A DNA stretch of 64,000 nt from a virus (taxonomy: Duplodnaviria > Heunggongvirae > Uroviricota > Caudoviricetes > Straboviridae). The position numbers and the translations under genes are program-made. Shown here piece by piece: positions 36,703 to 46,493 of the stretch; position 1 is the stretch's first letter; the number at the start of each line of letters is the position of its first letter. The DNA lies in IMG/VR virus record IMGVR_UViG_2974557979_000001; one strand, given 5' to 3'. A model generated the notes under the pieces. The model ran no database searches and was not told the origin of the DNA. It saw only the letters and a list, made by a program, of their open reading frames with translations.

Positions 36703-36896
36703 TCCCCGTTTTTGTCAATGTACATGATCCAATCAGCAACCGCCCAATGGGAAGTATTGCCTTTCGGAGTCGCCACGATGTAGGAACCAGCTTTAAACAG
36801 TACGCGTTTAGTTTCGTTCAGGATCAGGTCGCTCATAATGTATTCCTCATTTAACCAAAGTGAATCGTGATTCATAAGCATCGTTCGGGCGCTCAT
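36690..36896 (-). CDS. hypothetical protein
   Basis: ORF. Confidence 0.35.
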   Translation of the reverse strand: MSARTMLMNHDSLWLNEEYIMSDLILNETKRVLFKAGSYIVATPKGNTSHWAVADWIMYIDKNGEWVQ

Positions 36897-37242
36897 ACAC
36901 AGTATCCGAACTTGTAATGACAGTGTACACGGTTTCTTTCACAAGATCCATGATTTTCTGTGATTCTCCCCAGACATTGATACTAAAATAAATCCCATTT
37001 TTAGGAATAGGATTGTATTCCATATCATAATACATATCCATGAGTTCACAAATGAACAGGCGGCGCTGTTCGTTATCATATGTGAAATAAATGTTAAAAC
37101 AATCGAGAGATTTACTCAAAGTAATCTCTTTGATAACGATGTTGTCTTGTTTGCTAAAATGATCGCGGATTGCTTGCACACAACGCAACAGGTTAGGGTA
37201 ATCATATTTTTGTGAAACAATGACTTGATGTGAAACGCTCAT
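36847..37242 (-). CDS. hypothetical protein
   Basis: ORF downstream of a PeSL-like cassette. Confidence 0.45.
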   Translation of the reverse strand: MSVSHQVIVSQKYDYPNLLRCVQAIRDHFSKQDNIVIKEITLSKSLDCFNIYFTYDNEQRRLFICELMDMYYDMEYNPIPKNGIYFSINVWGESQKIMDLVKETVYTVITSSDTVYERPNDAYESRFTLVK

Positions 37243-37310
37243 AATGTATTCCTCTCAATTAGATGCACTCATAATAAAAAAGCCCCCGACCGAAGTCAAG
37301 GGCTTTTTGT
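37243..37310 (-). promoter_or_regulatory. PeSL-like cassette (minus strand)
   Basis: Minus strand AAAAAGCCCTTGACTTCGGTCGGGGGCTTTTTT...GAGAGGAATACATTATG; hairpin identical to the one at 20262. Confidence 0.45.
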
Positions 37311-37951
37311 CAAATGATTTGTTTTTCTTCTAACAGCTTCGCGGTTGTATTAACCATACGAGCATAATCACGGGCTTCTTTCTTTGTATACTTGAAACCA
37401 GCGTTATAGCTCGCAAGCGCCTTTTTCAAGTCGCCTTTGTGGTAATCAAGCCAGTACTCCAGTTCATAGATCGCATACTTCGATCCACCTTGAAGAGTTT
37501 CGAGCTTTTTGATTACTACGCGTTTAGGATATGACTTATCCATTCGTGCGCTGGCGCTCCTTGCGGTAACTTGCCAGCATCCATAAGCGTGATGGCCTTT
37601 TTTACCTTTACCGACATTCTCACATGCGCGAGACTCGATCCAGACAATAGCCGCTAAATGATAGCCTAAACGTTTAGCCTTATCTTTTTCTACAGGTTTT
37701 GCAGTCTTCAAATCATAGTTGTGTCCAACTCGATAAGCATACTCCAAAACCTCTTTCTGCTTCGGTGTGATATTATCCAAATCCTTGATGTAGGATGGAG
37801 AATTTTTGTTTGCCGGAGGCTTCACAGTAGCCTTTTGTAAAGGCAATTGATGAGTAGGCAAATCCGCAATGAAATCCCCTAGCGGATCCGTCGCAGCGTT
37901 GCCAGAAAAAGAGCACAAGAAAATGCTGGCAGCAATAATAATTTTCTTCAT
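37310..37951 (-). CDS. secreted lytic transglycosylase (SLT domain)
   Basis: Signal peptide MKKIIIAASIFLCSFSGNA; SLT motifs IVWIESRA (catalytic ES), AYGCWQV, YNAG. Confidence 0.65.
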   Translation of the reverse strand: MKKIIIAASIFLCSFSGNAATDPLGDFIADLPTHQLPLQKATVKPPANKNSPSYIKDLDNITPKQKEVLEYAYRVGHNYDLKTAKPVEKDKAKRLGYHLAAIVWIESRACENVGKGKKGHHAYGCWQVTARSASARMDKSYPKRVVIKKLETLQGGSKYAIYELEYWLDYHKGDLKKALASYNAGFKYTKKEARDYARMVNTTAKLLEEKQII

Positions 37952-38015
37952 TTTAATACCTATGTTGCAAAAAGAGTGGCAATAATACACCCCACTTTAT
38001 ATTTATGCAACTATT

Positions 38016-38570
38016 TTAGATAGTTTTCGCGTCACGTAGTTTATCGTTGATAAACTCAGCAATGTTATAATTTGAAATAGCCTCGTTAGGATCGTATAGT
38101 GCAATGATTTCATCTAACGATACCATAACGGCATGTTTAAAGTAGACGCTCCAGCTAGTAGTAAGGATCTCACTTTTGTCAAATCCACAATCAGGGCTGA
38201 ACAATGCGCGGTATTTGTACCCACTGTATTTCGTCAGACGATTTGTGCTGTGCGCATCACTGGTGATCAGAAAAGTCCCCTGGTGAGTTTCCACGACGAA
38301 AAAGTATCCGAGGCGTTCTTTGTTGTCCAGCATCTTTTCAAACTTGCGATCGGTTTCTTCGCGAACAATACGAGAAGTCAGCATTTCCAACACTTTATCG
38401 TATTCGGGCCAATCATTCTCGATCACGATCGCATCAAATGGTTTCTTACCATTGATCCCGCGCCCGATTTCGATTTTCGTGCAAATTTCGTTGAACGTTT
38501 TCAAATCTTCTGGCGTCAGTTCTTTAAGATCGCTCAATTTTGCTACATAATAACGTTTTTCTAGTTTCAT
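38016..38570 (-). CDS. hypothetical protein
   Basis: ORF. Confidence 0.45.
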   Translation of the reverse strand: MKLEKRYYVAKLSDLKELTPEDLKTFNEICTKIEIGRGINGKKPFDAIVIENDWPEYDKVLEMLTSRIVREETDRKFEKMLDNKERLGYFFVVETHQGTFLITSDAHSTNRLTKYSGYKYRALFSPDCGFDKSEILTTSWSVYFKHAVMVSLDEIIALYDPNEAISNYNIAEFINDKLRDAKTI

Positions 38571-38581
38571 TTATGGAAACC

Positions 38582-38785
38582 TCAATTCAAAAATAATTTC
38601 ACAGAGTTACCACATTTGGGACATGTGATAAATTTTTTCACGACATAATCAGCAGCAGAGAAAAATCCATTGTAAATCGATTCTCTCTTTTGCTGTATAT
38701 CAGATAGTTCATATTCTAACCCACTTTTACAGCAACTGCAAACAGTAATCAGTTTTGGGCTATGGATAACAGTAATCATATACAC
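38582..38785 (-). CDS. zinc-ribbon protein
   Basis: CSCC...CPKC. Confidence 0.4.
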   Translation of the reverse strand: MYMITVIHSPKLITVCSCCKSGLEYELSDIQQKRESIYNGFFSAADYVVKKFITCPKCGNSVKLFLN

Positions 38786-38815
38786 CTCACAAAAAGGGGG
38801 CTTTCGCCCCCATCA

Positions 38816-40162
38816 TTAGAAATTGTCTTCGACAAACGCCGCGAGACGGGAACGATACACTGTATCAAGAATGATATGGCTTGAGTGTTCGTATTCTTTC
38901 AGCTTTTCAACAGCCCATACAAACCCGTTGTTAACGGCAGTGTTTCGAGGGTTGTCGATCTGCTTAATGTTCCCGCATAGTATCAGAAGTGTGTTCTCTC
39001 CGCAACGAGAAATGATAGATTTAATTTCGTGGTTGCTAAGGTTTTGACATTCATCAACAATCAGCACAGAACCTTTGCCCGGATCCGGATGTCCGATACT
39101 GCGACCACGGAAGTAATACAGGCTAGGGAATTGCACCACCCCTTTTTCAATCAAACCTTCAATGTATTTTTCAGATTCCGGATTATCCTTAAACAGAATG
39201 TTCAGGCTAGTAATACAAGGTTCGATAGAAGGCCGGAGTTTTTCGCCCAATGTACCAGGAAGGAAGCCGATTTCACTTGATAACGGGCTATCTGACTTCA
39301 CATACATCAAGTTAGCGTAATGTCCACTATTAACCAGGTGCATAGCACCGGAAACAGCAAGCATTGTTTTACCAGAACCAGCGCCGCCCATAATGGTAGC
39401 AACATCGATTTCATTGCTCATAATGGATTCAACGAAAGCCGCTTGCAGAGAATCACGGGGCTGGATAGCTTTCATGAGTTTGCGTTTCATAGCCTGTTCG
39501 TGCTTAACAGGTAAGACATTCAAGCAAATCTCATCAGCAGTCACCACACGCCCGACTAACTCACCATTTGAGGTAATGTACTGGTTAGGATAAAAATCTT
39601 CGTCAGGAAGCGAACTGTAAGTGATTTGGGCTACATTATCTGTATATCCCAACACTTCCACAGTATCCCAGAAATCAGGGATCTCTACATAACCGGAATA
39701 CAATACATCGCTATCTTTTAACGTATCGTCGCCAGTATACTGTTCTACCTTACACCCACGGGACATTGCGATCAGCAACATCATAATATCGCGAGTAACT
39801 AAGGTTGCATCCTGTTGCATACAAGTTTCAATGATTCGTTCGTCTTGCTTGTCAAGAGCAAACGTTTTGTTTCCGACATAATCAACCACTTTAAGGGTGA
39901 TAGTGTCAGACAGTGCTGGGTTTGTCAGGTTTAAAGGAATACCTGATTTCGTAATCGCATCATATGACTGACCGAAAATAACTTTTGACAGAAGCCGGAT
40001 CGCCAATCGTGCTTCGTGCGCTGTTCGTTCTTTCGTTTTCAGGTGATCTAATTCACCCATAGTAGCAGAGGTAATAATGATTTCTGTACCAGGTTGAGTG
40101 AATGAATAGATTGAATAGGGGTTACTAATCAAAACATTGGTGTCTAATACGTATTTTGACAT
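38816..40162 (-). CDS. phoH: PIN-domain PhoH-like ATPase (PhoH2/YlaK family)
   Basis: N-terminal PIN YVLDTNVLI; Walker A GGAGSGKT; VLIVDECQN. Confidence 0.85.
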   Translation of the reverse strand: MSKYVLDTNVLISNPYSIYSFTQPGTEIIITSATMGELDHLKTKERTAHEARLAIRLLSKVIFGQSYDAITKSGIPLNLTNPALSDTITLKVVDYVGNKTFALDKQDERIIETCMQQDATLVTRDIMMLLIAMSRGCKVEQYTGDDTLKDSDVLYSGYVEIPDFWDTVEVLGYTDNVAQITYSSLPDEDFYPNQYITSNGELVGRVVTADEICLNVLPVKHEQAMKRKLMKAIQPRDSLQAAFVESIMSNEIDVATIMGGAGSGKTMLAVSGAMHLVNSGHYANLMYVKSDSPLSSEIGFLPGTLGEKLRPSIEPCITSLNILFKDNPESEKYIEGLIEKGVVQFPSLYYFRGRSIGHPDPGKGSVLIVDECQNLSNHEIKSIISRCGENTLLILCGNIKQIDNPRNTAVNNGFVWAVEKLKEYEHSSHIILDTVYRSRLAAFVEDNF

Positions 40163-40171
40163 ACATTAACC

Positions 40172-40696
40172 TTATGTGGTTTCGTTAAAAAATGCACCGA
40201 AAACCTCTTTTGCTTTCCGGTTATAAACGGATTTTGCTTCTTCTGGAGTGTTATAGTACCCCAAAAATTTTCTTTTTTCATCTATGTTTATCTGCGCTTT
40301 GTACTTCCCATTGGCTTTATGATAAGAAACACCTTTCAACCCTGTACTACTGTTTGAGTTACATTTCTTTTTCATCGCATTTTGCTGGTTCGTCGCTTTC
40401 TGTAAATTTCTTGCTGTATCTCCATTCTCAACACCATATACATGATCTACGATAGGAGGAAGATAACCATTCTCAACGTAAAACACTATTCGATGTCGCA
40501 AATACATAGAACCTTTAAAATGAATTTGGGAATACTCGTTTTTGCTTCCGGCTTCACTTCCAGGAGACATAGGGCCGCGCTGAACTTTCCAATACACTTT
40601 ACCTGTAGATGTATCAACATCTACAAAATTCAGAAGAGATTCGATCCCTTGAATCTCTTCATGTATGGTTCTTGATGAATAGCCATGACTTTTCAT
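40172..40696 (-). CDS. HNH-AP2 homing endonuclease
   Basis: HNH_3-like IVDHVYGVENGDTARNL plus AP2 DNA-binding domain GVSYHKANGKYKAQI...LGYYNTPEEAKSVYNRKAKEVFG; inserted between phoH and an upstream ORF. Confidence 0.75.
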   Translation of the reverse strand: MKSHGYSSRTIHEEIQGIESLLNFVDVDTSTGKVYWKVQRGPMSPGSEAGSKNEYSQIHFKGSMYLRHRIVFYVENGYLPPIVDHVYGVENGDTARNLQKATNQQNAMKKKCNSNSSTGLKGVSYHKANGKYKAQINIDEKRKFLGYYNTPEEAKSVYNRKAKEVFGAFFNETT

Positions 40697-41154
40697 TACA
40701 TACCCAGCGAAATTACGTGAATATATGCTAATGGATGTTTCTTTTGTACACAATGCATGAGTGTATTATACACAATGTCCATGCGTTCATTGCGCGTAAG
40801 ATCACACTCATCAAAAATAAGGTTTATTGCCTGGTGCTCTATTCGACGTCCACGGAAATGATTAAGAATTGCCCCTTTACTGGTCAATACATCACATCCG
40901 GTAGCACCATTTAGCTGTTTGGCGTCTTGTGCTGCATTTAACGTATGCGCTACGTAAATGTTAAGGGAACTATGGGAACGTTTCATAAAATCAAACGCGC
41001 CTTTAGTCTTTTGCGTTTCTCTGCCCAGATCCAGCCTGGTTTCGAATACCATAAAATCGTTAGGGCCGTAATTATGCGTTGGTTCTTCCAACTCTCGCAT
41101 AAGATGCATCTTACGACATTCTTCAATTGTCTTTACATAAAATTCACTATTCAT
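40696..41154 (-). CDS. hypothetical protein
   Basis: ORF. Confidence 0.45.
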   Translation of the reverse strand: MNSEFYVKTIEECRKMHLMRELEEPTHNYGPNDFMVFETRLDLGRETQKTKGAFDFMKRSHSSLNIYVAHTLNAAQDAKQLNGATGCDVLTSKGAILNHFRGRRIEHQAINLIFDECDLTRNERMDIVYNTLMHCVQKKHPLAYIHVISLGM

Positions 41155-41185
41155 GTTTTACCTTTAAGGGGCCAAAGCCCCTTTG

Positions 41186-41581
41186 TTACGCTAATTCCAC
41201 ATGCGGGGCATCAATGAATTTTGTTTCGATCGGAAGGTTCGGATCATTTTTCCAGTTGATACCAAAACGCAGTTTAACACCCAGTTCATCACCTGCTTGT
41301 TTAACAGCATTCAGGACAGGCAACCACACTTTAGGGTTTGTTTGCCAGCCTTGAGGCAACACGCTAGGATACAGATCCACAGCATCACCCGTGATGTGTT
41401 TTGAGTTCATTGTTTGAGATACACCCTTACGGACGTTCTCGCGCTGTTGTTCTACAGTACGCAGACCTTCACGTACACCAAAATCAACAGGAGACAGTTG
41501 CAGAGCGCGTTCTACAACTTTCACCAGTTGAGGTTTAACACCTTTAAGGTTGTTAAGGCTTTTTTGACTGAATTTAAACAT
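41186..41581 (-). CDS. peptidase M15 family (L-alanyl-D-glutamate peptidase-like), candidate endolysin
   Basis: Zn-ligand pattern SQT...SKHITGDAVDL...DAPHVEL typical of M15/VanY-like phage endolysins. Confidence 0.7.
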   Translation of the reverse strand: MFKFSQKSLNNLKGVKPQLVKVVERALQLSPVDFGVREGLRTVEQQRENVRKGVSQTMNSKHITGDAVDLYPSVLPQGWQTNPKVWLPVLNAVKQAGDELGVKLRFGINWKNDPNLPIETKFIDAPHVELA

Positions 41582-41648
41582 AAATCACCTCTTGTAAAAA
41601 TACCCTGTTTGGGTACACAGGGTATTTATGGTTTAAGAGGTTCGATAA

Positions 41649-42050
41649 TTAATAATCGTAAAGATCACCGAAGCATTCTTCAAATTCACGTTTACGTTTC
41701 ATCTGTTCTTCTTTTCGCTCTTTCATATCAGGAGGAAGACGGTCTTCATTGACTTCATCAATGTAAGCCTGTGCATCCTCTTTGGTCAGGAAGAAAGCAT
41801 GGAAGTTATATCCGTTGCGCCCATTCATACTACGGTCTTCAAGAGAGAACTCTGTGTGACAGTCCCAGTCTTTGTACATGGTGATGCATTTAGCAAACAG
41901 CCCGATACCGCGATGCATATACGGGAATCCAGTAACAATCATCTTGCTACCCATTTCAGCCTTTTCGCCATTCACACAAAATACTTCATACATGATCGCG
42001 CCTGGTTTAACATCTTTCTTAACAGCACGTTTTTCAAAAGCACTTTTCAT
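41649..42050 (-). CDS. hypothetical protein
   Basis: ORF. Confidence 0.45.
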   Translation of the reverse strand: MKSAFEKRAVKKDVKPGAIMYEVFCVNGEKAEMGSKMIVTGFPYMHRGIGLFAKCITMYKDWDCHTEFSLEDRSMNGRNGYNFHAFFLTKEDAQAYIDEVNEDRLPPDMKERKEEQMKRKREFEECFGDLYDY

Positions 42051-42104
42051 AATATATTCCTCTCAATTGGTGTAACTACAGACTACTGGTTTATTTTCTG
42101 GATG

Positions 42105-42428
42105 TCAACAAGGTTTATCGTTTTTTGACGGAAAAGTTAGAGTGAACAAACGATCGTGAAGGTTGTCTATCCGTTCACAAGCCTGTTTCAGTATGGTTTT
42201 ATCACCATCATTTGTTGTTTCAATGCATCCAAGTTCATCGGCGTCAATGTTCACTACATCGCTCATCAATGAAGCAAACACGTTAGCATCAGGATGTAAC
42301 AGTTCTTCTATTTCGGCCTTCATGCCGTCGTGTTCAGAAAGGATATCAATAATATCGCGGGTTAAATCTCCCTGGTACGGGAACCCTGTTTCTAAATGAT
42401 TAATGATCCTTTGTGCTTTCGTAATCAT
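42105..42428 (-). CDS. hypothetical protein
   Basis: ORF. Confidence 0.4.
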   Translation of the reverse strand: MITKAQRIINHLETGFPYQGDLTRDIIDILSEHDGMKAEIEELLHPDANVFASLMSDVVNIDADELGCIETTNDGDKTILKQACERIDNLHDRLFTLTFPSKNDKPC

Positions 42429-42467
42429 AATTTTACCTACAAAAAAGCCCCTTTCGGGGCTAGTTAA

Positions 42468-42731
42468 TTAAAGTTCACAGCAACGGCACACACCGTATTT
42501 TGTAAATGGAGCATCACCGCTAACGTAGGCCCAGAAATCACATGCTTCTTCGGCAGTATCGAAGATTGCAGCATCATAGAACCCGTGGGCTTCGTTACCG
42601 TTCTCATCGATGAAAACCGGAGTCCAGATATTAGGATTGAAGCAATCGTCAACAACAACCCAACCTTCTTTAGCTTTCATTGCTTCTTTGTTGGCTTCGA
42701 TGTGAGCTAAGATTTCGTTCATGATGTCCAT
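42468..42731 (-). CDS. hypothetical protein
   Basis: ORF. Confidence 0.4.
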   Translation of the reverse strand: MDIMNEILAHIEANKEAMKAKEGWVVVDDCFNPNIWTPVFIDENGNEAHGFYDAAIFDTAEEACDFWAYVSGDAPFTKYGVCRCCEL

Positions 42732-42800
42732 TTTTCTCTCCTAAAGTGCGTTTCGTTTCTACAGGGCTATAGTCTCATAACCCCGTATCTACGTCAACAC

Positions 42801-43061
42801 TTATTTGAAGCGAATTGTGCTATTTTTGAAAAATAGTCCAGAGCACACAGCACCTTCAATTTTCACCCCTGTAGGGCTTTTAGCAACGAACCCTGTTGCG
42901 TAGGTGTCTTTCTCATCACATGCGAACCAGGCGTGGCCTGTGTACGTGATATCGCTAAACCCGTTAGCAGTCAGAATACGTTCGGCTTCTTTCTCATCGG
43001 TGCATCCGGATTGTGCTAAAACGACAATAACGACTAACACCAAAGCAATAATATATTTCAT
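42801..43061 (-). CDS. lipoprotein
   Basis: Signal peptide with lipobox LAQSGC. Confidence 0.5.
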   Translation of the reverse strand: MKYIIALVLVVIVVLAQSGCTDEKEAERILTANGFSDITYTGHAWFACDEKDTYATGFVAKSPTGVKIEGAVCSGLFFKNSTIRFK

Positions 43062-43062
43062 G

Positions 43063-43494
43063 TTAAACTCTTTTTAAGTTGGTTTTACTGGCTTCAATCC
43101 AGTACACGGGATCAGAATAGTTACCGCACATACCCAGTAACACAGTTGTACATCCTAAATGATCGGAAGGTCTCAATCCATCAGGATGAAAAGGCAATTC
43201 GTTAACACCAATACTGGTAGCAAAAAGAGCACCTCCAGTACTGTAAAATGTTTTGATATGATCGTATGCATCATCAGGCCACTGAAAACGATAAGTTTTA
43301 TTGTCAATGGTTACTGTATACATATCATATTCCGTAAACAACGGATCTTTTCCTTGTGTTGCCCCATACAGAGCGCCGCGCCATTCAACCAGATTTGCTT
43401 CAATGTCGCTTACACAAATTTCGTTACCCATACGCAAATCATGAAGGATCCCTTCAATGGTACGAATAGCCCCACTAAGTTCATTAGTTAACAT
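43063..43494 (-). CDS. hypothetical protein
   Basis: ORF. Confidence 0.45.
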   Translation of the reverse strand: MLTNELSGAIRTIEGILHDLRMGNEICVSDIEANLVEWRGALYGATQGKDPLFTEYDMYTVTIDNKTYRFQWPDDAYDHIKTFYSTGGALFATSIGVNELPFHPDGLRPSDHLGCTTVLLGMCGNYSDPVYWIEASKTNLKRV

Positions 43495-43674
43495 AGAGTT
43501 TCCTTTAAATCGGTTTAATGGTTTTCAGGTGTAGTTTAGCATAAAAAGAACCAAATGAGTTACCATTATGATCAAATTTATAGTTTTCACTCTTCCAGTA
43601 TTTCCCCGATTTCATCAGGGGAACACGCTTCTTACCTGCTGTTATCGTTTCAACCATTCCGGTATGAGTAAATG

Positions 43675-44022
43675 TCATGATATACCCTCTTCTTTCAGCA
43701 CTTCCCAGATCAGTTTATCAAGGTGCATCAGGTTCCACATAACCGAATCATAAGAACCCAGTGAGCGGGAGTAAATCACTCCCCATGAACGATAACTTTT
43801 CTGGAATGCTTCTGCACTATCTACATCATACGGCATATCATCACCGGATGCAATCAAAAGTTTAAGGATCATCAGACTGTTCAGAAGTTTTGAACTAGCG
43901 TCTTGTGCTTGTACTTTTGCACAATAATTTTCAATAATCGCTTTTGCCTTTGGTTCGGTGATGCGTCCATTTTTGCATCGCTCTTTGTACACATACATAA
44001 GTTCATCGATTATTTCTTGCAT
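43675..44022 (-). CDS. hypothetical protein
   Basis: ORF. Confidence 0.4.
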   Translation of the reverse strand: MQEIIDELMYVYKERCKNGRITEPKAKAIIENYCAKVQAQDASSKLLNSLMILKLLIASGDDMPYDVDSAEAFQKSYRSWGVIYSRSLGSYDSVMWNLMHLDKLIWEVLKEEGIS

Positions 44023-44386
44023 ATAACGCCTCCCGTTCTACTGCTGATAACCCGCGAATGTAGTTCTGTGATTCTCTATGCGCATCTGCTACAGCGCGTC
44101 CTGCTCGTTCCGACGCCAGTATATAAGTAACAACTTCATTACGAATGTGCCATAGGTAATCCATCATTACAAGATCTTCTTCTGTATGAAAACCTTTAAT
44201 GTCACACTCGCAGCAAATAGCGTCTCTTTCCGATAGTGCCAGTTGCGCGGATTGCGCGTTGATTGGCATCATACTGTACTTGTCGATCAAACTATCCAAC
44301 GTTCGCGGTTTCACAATACCAACTGTTACAGGAACAGGACGAAGAGTAGGTTTATCCGAATAAATCATAGTATTCCTCTTCATCAA
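44003..44386 (-). CDS. hypothetical protein
   Basis: ORF. Confidence 0.4.
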   Translation of the reverse strand: MMKRNTMIYSDKPTLRPVPVTVGIVKPRTLDSLIDKYSMMPINAQSAQLALSERDAICCECDIKGFHTEEDLVMMDYLWHIRNEVVTYILASERAGRAVADAHRESQNYIRGLSAVEREALYARNNR

Positions 44387-44654
44387 GTCTAGATGTCAGT
44401 TTAGCGATAAAGTCGAAAATGTGTTGTGAACCATCTTCAACATAATGACGGTATGCAAGCAAAGTTGATACGTGACACATATCGACCGATTCAACTTTGA
44501 TGCTTGATGCGATCATTGTATCATCATTTCCATATCCGTCAATATCACGGAGTACCATTTCTTCAGTCGGGAAACGCTGAAGGAGTGACGCTTCCCGATC
44601 TGATACCAGAGCAACTAAGCGATTATGTCGCGTGTTGTACGATAATATTTTCAT
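44352..44654 (-). CDS. hypothetical protein
   Basis: ORF. Confidence 0.4.
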   Translation of the reverse strand: MKILSYNTRHNRLVALVSDREASLLQRFPTEEMVLRDIDGYGNDDTMIASSIKVESVDMCHVSTLLAYRHYVEDGSQHIFDFIAKLTSRLDEEEYYDLFG

Positions 44655-45913
44655 TTCAATTCCACCGCGTAAACATCAGGTTCAGGGGCTTTGTGTACGC
44701 GCATATCTTTACCGCATACCGCATAAGCCGGACAGTTACGACAACCGTTATGATCCTTATTACCGATCAGTTCATTACGGAACTGTTTGGTTTTCGGATG
44801 TTCCCAGATATCTTTGATAAAGTCGCTGGCTTCCAGGACGTTAAGCCCTTCTGACCATCCACCCTCGACCCAACGTTCGGTAAAGGAACAGGGGAAGAAT
44901 TCACCCTTTTCATTGATGTACGAACTAAACATAGTAGCTTCGCAATCTTCCGCATACTGTTTGTACTGTTCAAAATTTTCATGTCCTTCCATAGCCTCTA
45001 CAAAGGCCGGAGCGGAACAGGAATCAAAACCGAACCCTACACCAGATTCAAGGCAATACTCTACCAGAGCTTTATACTGCTCGCGTGTAACGGTATCCCA
45101 GTTCTTCCCACGACCTTTTTGTTTCAGACCCAGGAATACGATCGCGTTAACTTGTTTCAAGCGCGGATCATTCTTTACAGCATCAACCACGTTAAACGCG
45201 TCATCATAGGTTTTAGAGCTAACCATGAAATGAAGGTTGATTTGCTGTTGTCCGGCTTCTGCAAGATTAGCCACTGAATTAAACGCTACATCGAATCCAG
45301 CATGTTTGTATACTGATACCGCAACAGCCCCAGCAACAGCCGCTAAACGCGCTGCAACGTCTTTTGATACATCAGCAATGGTAAGGTTTGGTACAATGCC
45401 TTTAGAACGCGCATAGGCCATCATATCAAACATATCAGGGTTTGTTTGTCCCTGTGCATCAGCACCGAGGGCGCATTGTGTTAACCAGGGCATTTTATCA
45501 ATGATAGATTTGAATGTATCAAGATCCATATTGAAGCCGTTAGGGTTATTAGACTTGTAGCAGAAACCGCAAAGTTTACCAGCAGGGCCATTGCATTTAG
45601 TTGTGATCTCGATATCGAGAATTTCGGGGAATGGGGCATAGGTAGGATCAGTTTCGAACGATATTCCCCAGCGAGCAAACTCACCAGTTTTAACGTTGAA
45701 ATTGTAGTTATACCACTTAGAGCGAGCGTAACGGATATCACCATCTTGATATATGAACAGGGTAGGAGCTTTCAGAACAGTTTGTGCGTTATTCATAATA
45801 TAATTCTCAAAATCTAACATGGGATTGGAAGACAGCGCGAGCGAGACTTTCATTATCAAACGGTATTGATTGGTGTTGTCCTTTGCTATCAATGTTAACG
45901 CGCCAAAATTCAC
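44651..45913 (-). CDS. putative radical-SAM-like Fe-S enzyme (atypical cysteine spacing) with Cys-rich C-terminal domain
   Basis: ILDIEITTKCNGPAGKLCGFCY resembles the radical SAM strand-loop motif but with CX8CX2C spacing; C-terminal DSCSAP...PCSF...NGCRNCPAYAVCG is SPASM/twitch-like; start uncertain. Confidence 0.45.
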   Translation of the reverse strand: MNFGALTLIAKDNTNQYRLIMKVSLALSSNPMLDFENYIMNNAQTVLKAPTLFIYQDGDIRYARSKWYNYNFNVKTGEFARWGISFETDPTYAPFPEILDIEITTKCNGPAGKLCGFCYKSNNPNGFNMDLDTFKSIIDKMPWLTQCALGADAQGQTNPDMFDMMAYARSKGIVPNLTIADVSKDVAARLAAVAGAVAVSVYKHAGFDVAFNSVANLAEAGQQQINLHFMVSSKTYDDAFNVVDAVKNDPRLKQVNAIVFLGLKQKGRGKNWDTVTREQYKALVEYCLESGVGFGFDSCSAPAFVEAMEGHENFEQYKQYAEDCEATMFSSYINEKGEFFPCSFTERWVEGGWSEGLNVLEASDFIKDIWEHPKTKQFRNELIGNKDHNGCRNCPAYAVCGKDMRVHKAPEPDVYAVELK

Positions 45914-46009
45914 TAGAACAATTTTCAGTGGAGTAGTTCAACAGCGTTACCGTTTTATTCTTTTCCAAAAATACGCGTTTGTCAATCTCTGTTTTGATTA
46001 CGTGTTCCA

Positions 46010-46267
46010 TCATTTTACCCACCGTTGTTTGCGTTCGTCAGCCAGTTCTTTTTTGTACACCTTGATGTATTCGCCGTTCAAGGCACGGAGATTTGAAAAT
46101 ACACGATTGAAAAGATTTTTCTTTTCTTTGTATGCCGGAGACATACGGATCGATTCAATAGTCATACCCATTTCATTTTTAGGATACGCTCGTAACTCTG
46201 CGCCGATCTCATCAATCCATTTTTGGTACAAATCACGCTTTTCTTTGTACTGCTCAAAAGTCAACAT
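46010..46267 (-). CDS. hypothetical protein
   Basis: ORF. Confidence 0.4.
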   Translation of the reverse strand: MLTFEQYKEKRDLYQKWIDEIGAELRAYPKNEMGMTIESIRMSPAYKEKKNLFNRVFSNLRALNGEYIKVYKKELADERKQRWVK

Positions 46268-46493
46268 ATAATTTCCTCACATTTCGTTGGGTTCAATATA
46301 ACCCTATAAAGAACCAAACGCAAGAGTTATTTGTACTTCATAAAGAATTTAACTGCTTCTTCCGGTGTCATATCGTCAGAGAACAACCCGAAGAAAGTAC
46401 GATGATGATCTTTGTACGAAATGTTAAGTGGGTTCAATAAACATCTAACCTCTTCAACCCATTGATAGTATTTTTTGCTGAATGGTTGATCTC

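Noticed and set aside
44651-45913. Possible Nampt (NadV) partner for NatV
   Set aside because: The 420 aa protein has none of the Nampt signatures (DSYK, GYRGVSS). It looks like a Cys-rich Fe-S protein instead.
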